This document shows positions 59,158 to 64,000 of a stretch of DNA of 64,000 nt, in pieces. Below the pieces are notes generated by a model. That model was not told where the DNA came from. It did not search any database and worked only from the letters and a program-made list of their open reading frames with translations. The stretch covers positions 3,328,001 to 3,392,000 of the forward strand of contig OZ244587.1 of assembly GCA_965218095.1 (NCBI GenBank), in the 5' to 3' direction. The stretch's first letter is position 1, and the number at the start of each line of letters is the position of its first letter. The translations under genes and the position numbers were made by a program. The DNA is from Candidatus Poribacteria bacterium. GTDB taxonomy: Bacteria > Poribacteria > WGA-4E > PCPOR2b.

Positions 59158-60227
59158 ATGGCAATTCCCACGATTCACGTTGGCTGCACGCATTTCGCTC
59201 ATGGACGGCTACAGGCGCTGATTAACTGCAAAGGATTGGCCCCGTCGCTGGTGTGGATATAAACCTCGAAGCGGCCCAAGAGAGCGTGAAGTCCCTGGAA
59301 GGCGACATCCCCGCGGGACTCGCCGACCGCATTTACAGGACGATTACGGAGGCGCGTGAGAAGCATCACGCAGAGGTCTGCCTCATCTACGCCTCGACGA
59401 CGGCGCACGCGAAACTGGTCGTTGAGAGTCTCAATCTCGGCATGCACACGTTTTGCGTCAAGCCGATTGCCACGACGCAAGCCGAATTCCAGGAAATTAT
59501 TGGCGCCCACAAGGCACACCCCGATCTGATGCTCGTGCAGGGGCAGAACAAACGGTGGAATCCCGCTGCTGCCAAAATGCGCGAATGGCTTCGCGAGGAG
59601 AATGGCATCGGTGACATGCTCAGCGGCGAATGTCGCTTCTGGATTCGCCAGAACCTTTGGCGGGGCACGGATTCACGGCAGCCAGATGCTTTCGTGGAGA
59701 GACTTTTCTTCCACTCAGCGACCAGTCATCAACTCGATTAACTGGTTGCTGCGAAAAGGCTTCCAAAATATGTGACGGCTCGCGTGCATACACGCCAGGA
59801 CCCTGACCTTGGTCAGACGGGCGTCTGGGGAACGGCTGGGGGGCAAGCACTGTGGGAATACCCCAATGGTGCTTCCTTCTGCTACATGGGGACTCGCGCT
59901 GGTCACACGAACCCCTTCGGCTGGAGTGGGTACTGGACATTCCACGGTGAAAAAGGCGACCTTCGACGTGATGCCGGACACCTTCAACTTCTCTGCAAGG
60001 GCAAGTGCATCGAAGATCTTCAGCTTCAAGACCTTCACCCGGGACTTATCGAAGATGACCGTCTTCAGTTTGACGCTTTTGCAGAAGCCATTTCGACGGG
60101 GAAAGACCGGGAGTGGATGCAGGAAACGACGCTCGACACATGGATTGTCATGGAAGCCTGCAACGAGTCGGCACGGACGGTTGAGCGTGTGGATGTCGAA
60201 GCCTTCCATGCGAAGATGATGGAGTAA
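59158..60227 (+). pseudogene. Gfo/Idh/MocA oxidoreductase, frameshift ~59243 and TAA 59739-41
   Basis: MAIPTIHVG, HTFCVKPIA, QNKRWNP, SHQLD*LV. Confidence 0.8.
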
Positions 60228-60286
60228 CAAACGAACCTGCTTCTTAACGAAGCAAAATCCTTATTCATCGTGGAGAAGTAAACTGA

Positions 60287-61101
60287 ATGTCTACCGTAAA
60301 CCGTTTTGCACATCCAGAGCCCCCATTTCCGGTTGGAGTGGAGTATTACCGCGCTCCCACACCAAAACCCGATTATTGGGACAAAGACTTCGCCCGGTTG
60401 CGCGCTGCCGGTTTTCGGGTTGTGCGCAGTTTTACCTATTGGAATTGGATGGAGCCGCAGCCGGGCGTCTACGAACTGGATGATTTTGATTATCTGTTCG
60501 ATTTAGCCGAAAAGCATAGGGTGTCCGTTTGGCTCGACATTGTGCTGGGGACGCATGGTGCGTGCCCGGAGTGGTTAACCCGTGAGCATCCGGACATGCG
60601 GATTGTGAATTACCATGGCCAACGAGCTGAGTCCTGTGCAGGCTCAGCTAGGCCAGTTACAGTCATCACGCTGTGTGGTTACGCGGTGTTAGCGCTACGC
60701 GGCGACACGCGGGCAATAGCGTCTTTAGCGCCACGGTAGCGATTCAAACTGCCGACAAATGCTTTACATGGTTTGGCTTCACGCTGTCAGCCGGATTTGG
60801 GGATGTCGGACAGCCGGATTTAGTGCTTGGGCTGACGGAGGAGTTGGGCGTACGGCCACGGGTATCAGTCGAAGGAGACCGTGTGGCGTCAATGGCACGG
60901 CGCTCACGCCGTGGTGGATGGCTTCTGTTTGTGTTCAACGTTGAGCGACAAAAAGCGCACGTCACGTTACGACCGAGATGGCAAATTGGCCGCGCTTATG
61001 ATCTGTTGGCTCAATGCGACGTACCGATAAAAGACAATACATTTCAGCTTGTCATCGAGCCGTGGGAGGTCGCGGTCATCCATTGTATGGAGGGCGCATG
61101 A
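60287..61101 (+). pseudogene. GH42 beta-galactosidase with a large internal deletion
   Basis: GVEYYR..WDKDF..WNWMEPQPGVY..PEWL N-terminus; C-terminal LLFVFN..PWEV; the middle is missing. Confidence 0.75.
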
Positions 61102-63008
61102 ACAGATCAGAACCCAGGTATGGAATCGTTATATTTAAGGACGTGATGGTTCCCATGCGCGATGGGGTCCGGCTGGCGACCGACATCTATCGGCCGGCCC
61201 TCGACAGCGAGTTGGTAGCCGGCGCATTCCCCACCATTCTGGGACGCACCTCATATGACAAGAACAGCCCGCAGATGTGGGTCGAGCCGGTGGCTGAGTT
61301 CTTTACCCGGCGCGGATACGTGACGGTCATCCAGGACTTGCGAGGTCGCCATCGTTCCGAAGGCACAGGGCAATACTTTCACACAGCCAACGTCAATGAG
61401 GGGCACGACGGCTACGACACAGTAGAGTGGATCGCCGCCCAACCCTGGTCAAGTGGGCGTGTGGGGACGGTGGGGAGTTCGCACGGCGCCATTGTCCAGA
61501 GCGTGATGGCGCTGTACCGTCCGCCGCACCTGACAGCGATGTGGCAGGATGTGGGCCCGACCAACATTTACGCCCACGAAGCCCGCGAAGGCGGTGCGAT
61601 GGCGCTGCACATGTTCGGCGCGCTGTTTCTGCACGCTCACGACGCCCAGGAGATTCGGGGTGACCCTGTGGCGAAGGACTCAATTGCGCGAGCGATGGAG
61701 TGTATGCGGGAACTGGTCTTTTCGACGCCGTTCAAGCCGGGACATACGCCGCTGGCAGTCACGCCCAACCTTGAAAAGACCCTGTTCAACTACTACTATC
61801 GTGGCGAGTACGATGAATTCTGGGGGCAAGATTGCTGCGACCAAGAGCGTTACTTCGATCGACACGCCGATGCGCCTTCGGTCTTTAGCGGCGGCTGGTA
61901 CGATCCCTTTTCAGTTGCCACGACGAACTACTTTGCGACGATGTGCAAGCAGAACAAGACTCCCCAACGGCTGGTGATGGGGCCCTGGAATCACGGCGGC
62001 ATGCGTGGCGGAGGGGCCTCATACGTGGGCGATGTGGACTTCGGGCCGGACGCCGCGTGGGGCGACCGGATATACAATGAGGAGCGGCTCTGCTGGTTTG
62101 ATCGTTGGCTGAAGGACGTGCCAAATAGGCTGGAGGAAGACCCACCGGTACGAATCTTTGTGATGGGTGGAGGCGACGGCCGACGCAACCGCGAAGGGCA
62201 TTTGAACCACGGCGGCGTGTGGAGGTCAGAAAAGGAGTGGCCGCTTGCCCGCACAAAGTACACTGCCTACTATCTCCACACCAGTGGATGCCTAAGCCCG
62301 GATATGCCGAGAGAGAATGACCCGTCGGCCCGTTTCCTCCACGATCCGGCCAATCCGGTGCCGACTATCGCCGCAAACGTCACGGGGTTCTACGAGCTGG
62401 TAGCGTTGGGGGAGGGGATGGCACCCCAGTACACGTCTCCCAGAGCGAGGATGCGTAGTATCGTTATGGATGGCGCGGCTCACCAGAAGGAAGAGCCCGG
62501 CATGGTCGGGGCTAAACCGCCGTATCTCCCCCTTGCGGCAAGACCCGATGTCCTCGTGTTTCAGATGTCCCCGCTAGATCAGGACATGGAGGTGACGGGG
62601 ACCATCGTGGTGAAGCTGTGGATTTCGTCTTCGGCGGTGGATACTGACTTCACGGCGAAGCTAATTGATGTCTATCCTCCAAACGAGGATTATCCCGCTG
62701 GCTACCACATGAACCTCGTTGATTCTATTATCCGTACCCGCTATCGAAACGGCTGGGAGCAGGCGAAGTTGATGGAGCCGGGAGAGGTTTATCAAGTCCA
62801 GATCGCCCTGCCACCGACCTGTAATATTTTCAAAACAGGGCACCGGATTCGGGTGGATATATCGAGCAGCAACTTTCCGCGCTTCGACATCAACCCAAAC
62901 ACCGGCGAGCCGATGGGTCGACATACGGATACCGTCGTGGCGCATAATACGGTGTACCTGGACCGCGACCGCCCTTCGCACATTGTGTTGCCTATCATTC
63001 CCCGGTGA
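61098..63008 (+). CDS. CocE/NonD family hydrolase
   Basis: PMRDGVRLATDIYRP, QDLRGR..SEG, GSSHG, GWYD, GPWNH, SSSNFPRF. Confidence 0.93.
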   Translation: MNRSEPRYGIVIFKDVMVPMRDGVRLATDIYRPALDSELVAGAFPTILGRTSYDKNSPQMWVEPVAEFFTRRGYVTVIQDLRGRHRSEGTGQYFHTANVNEGHDGYDTVEWIAAQPWSSGRVGTVGSSHGAIVQSVMALYRPPHLTAMWQDVGPTNIYAHEAREGGAMALHMFGALFLHAHDAQEIRGDPVAKDSIARAMECMRELVFSTPFKPGHTPLAVTPNLEKTLFNYYYRGEYDEFWGQDCCDQERYFDRHADAPSVFSGGWYDPFSVATTNYFATMCKQNKTPQRLVMGPWNHGGMRGGGASYVGDVDFGPDAAWGDRIYNEERLCWFDRWLKDVPNRLEEDPPVRIFVMGGGDGRRNREGHLNHGGVWRSEKEWPLARTKYTAYYLHTSGCLSPDMPRENDPSARFLHDPANPVPTIAANVTGFYELVALGEGMAPQYTSPRARMRSIVMDGAAHQKEEPGMVGAKPPYLPLAARPDVLVFQMSPLDQDMEVTGTIVVKLWISSSAVDTDFTAKLIDVYPPNEDYPAGYHMNLVDSIIRTRYRNGWEQAKLMEPGEVYQVQIALPPTCNIFKTGHRIRVDISSSNFPRFDINPNTGEPMGRHTDTVVAHNTVYLDRDRPSHIVLPIIPR

Positions 63009-63092
63009 ACGGAAAATGGAGTTATGCCCCCTGAAATCATAAGTGGTGTGAAAGGCTGATAGTATCAACATTTCATGAAATTGGAGCTTCGT

Positions 63093-64000
63093 ATGCAAAC
63101 AGTACGTGTGGCAACTTTTGATAGTCCCGGAACCAAGCCCAAGATCCAAACCGTTCCCCGGCCGAACGTCCCTGACAAGGCAGCACTCATCCAAATCGGC
63201 GCGTGTGGGGTGTGCGGTACCGACCTGCATATCCTCAAGGGTCACTGGCCCAAGCCCTTGCCCTGGCCCTTTACGCTTGGCCATGAATTGGCTGGCATTA
63301 TCGTTGAAAAAGGTCCCGCCTTGGAAGTAGACTTTATGGGCAAGCCATTGACTGTTGGAAGCAAGGTCATGCTGCCGCCGCTGATGCCGTGCGGGGAATG
63401 CTACTATTGCGTGCACTACCCGGAGCACGCCAATCGCTGCCTCAACCCGACCTACTATGGCCGGTACCTGCCCTTTGACAAGCCGCCGCACCTCTGGGGT
63501 GGATGGGCGGAGATGGTCTATGTTGATTTAGACATGTTGCCAGCCACAAAGATCTACCGTTTGCCGGACGACATGTCATTGGCGCTGGGAGCGCTGACTG
63601 AGCCGTTAGCCTGCTGTATCCGGGCCCTCAACCGCGCCGCGTCGGTCAACGGCTTCCGATTCGGGGACACCGTGGTCATCCAGGGCTCGGGTCCCATAGG
63701 CGTGCTGATGATCGCCGCCGCGAGGGAGATGGGAGCGGGGTGTGTGATCGTGGTGGGGGTGCCCGAAGATCCAAGACTTGCCCTCTGCCGCGAATTCGGC
63801 GCGGAGGCCACCGTATCGCTTGAAACCCACACGACGCCGCAGGAACGAATCGACGCCATCTGTGAGATTGTCGGCGGATTCGGCGCCGATCTTGTGGTCG
63901 ATTGCAGCGGCCATCCATCAGCAGGACCAGAGGGCGTCGAAATGCTTCGGGACGGCGGGACTTATGTGGAGATGGGACAGTTCACGGATGCGGGTGCCAT
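63093..64000 (+). CDS. Zn-dependent alcohol dehydrogenase (runs off window)
   Basis: CGVCGTDLH, GHE, CGECYYC, GSGPIG. Confidence 0.92.
   Translation, partial: MQTVRVATFDSPGTKPKIQTVPRPNVPDKAALIQIGACGVCGTDLHILKGHWPKPLPWPFTLGHELAGIIVEKGPALEVDFMGKPLTVGSKVMLPPLMPCGECYYCVHYPEHANRCLNPTYYGRYLPFDKPPHLWGGWAEMVYVDLDMLPATKIYRLPDDMSLALGALTEPLACCIRALNRAASVNGFRFGDTVVIQGSGPIGVLMIAAAREMGAGCVIVVGVPEDPRLALCREFGAEATVSLETHTTPQERIDAICEIVGGFGADLVVDCSGHPSAGPEGVEMLRDGGTYVEMGQFTDAGA

Noticed and set aside
1-64000. rRNA, tRNA (including selC), CRISPR array or prophage
   Set aside because: None recognised by eye; tRNAscan and Infernal were not run.

Overview
64-kb bacterial window, probably Candidatus Poribacteria or a relative. 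That is an inference from the C-terminal 'AVNPAGKLATLWGQIK' motif and the gene repertoire. Core content: a form-II coxSLM-coxG molybdo-hydroxylase cluster; an ECF sigma-TM-Kelch fusion; several beta-propeller proteins; an extracytoplasmic redox cluster (TlpA, Prx-like lipoprotein, Tat-DUF362, Cys-tailed mini-lipoprotein, beta-barrel, sterol desaturase); and a ~22-kb rex-hemB-hemL-polyprenyl synthase-sirC-ccsA-hemA-hemC-cobA/hemD-ccmEFH-ccmI-like-ccmABCD super-operon. Main hidden signals: (1) three in-frame UGA codons in UxxC motifs, each followed by a short hairpin, which reveal selenoprotein candidates the ORF track splits (HMA lipoprotein, Prx-like lipoprotein, GrdB/PrdB-like remnant); (2) housekeeping operons interleaved at gene junctions with small, mostly decayed cargo (toxin-CT/immunity, four-helix bundle, HindIII-like R-M, Uma2, PIN), many of those junctions marked by 7-nt tandem-repeat hairpins; (3) a transposase-less IS982-ended cassette carrying a lipoprotein gene, plus nested MITEs. 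Family assignments come from recalled motifs; no database search was run.
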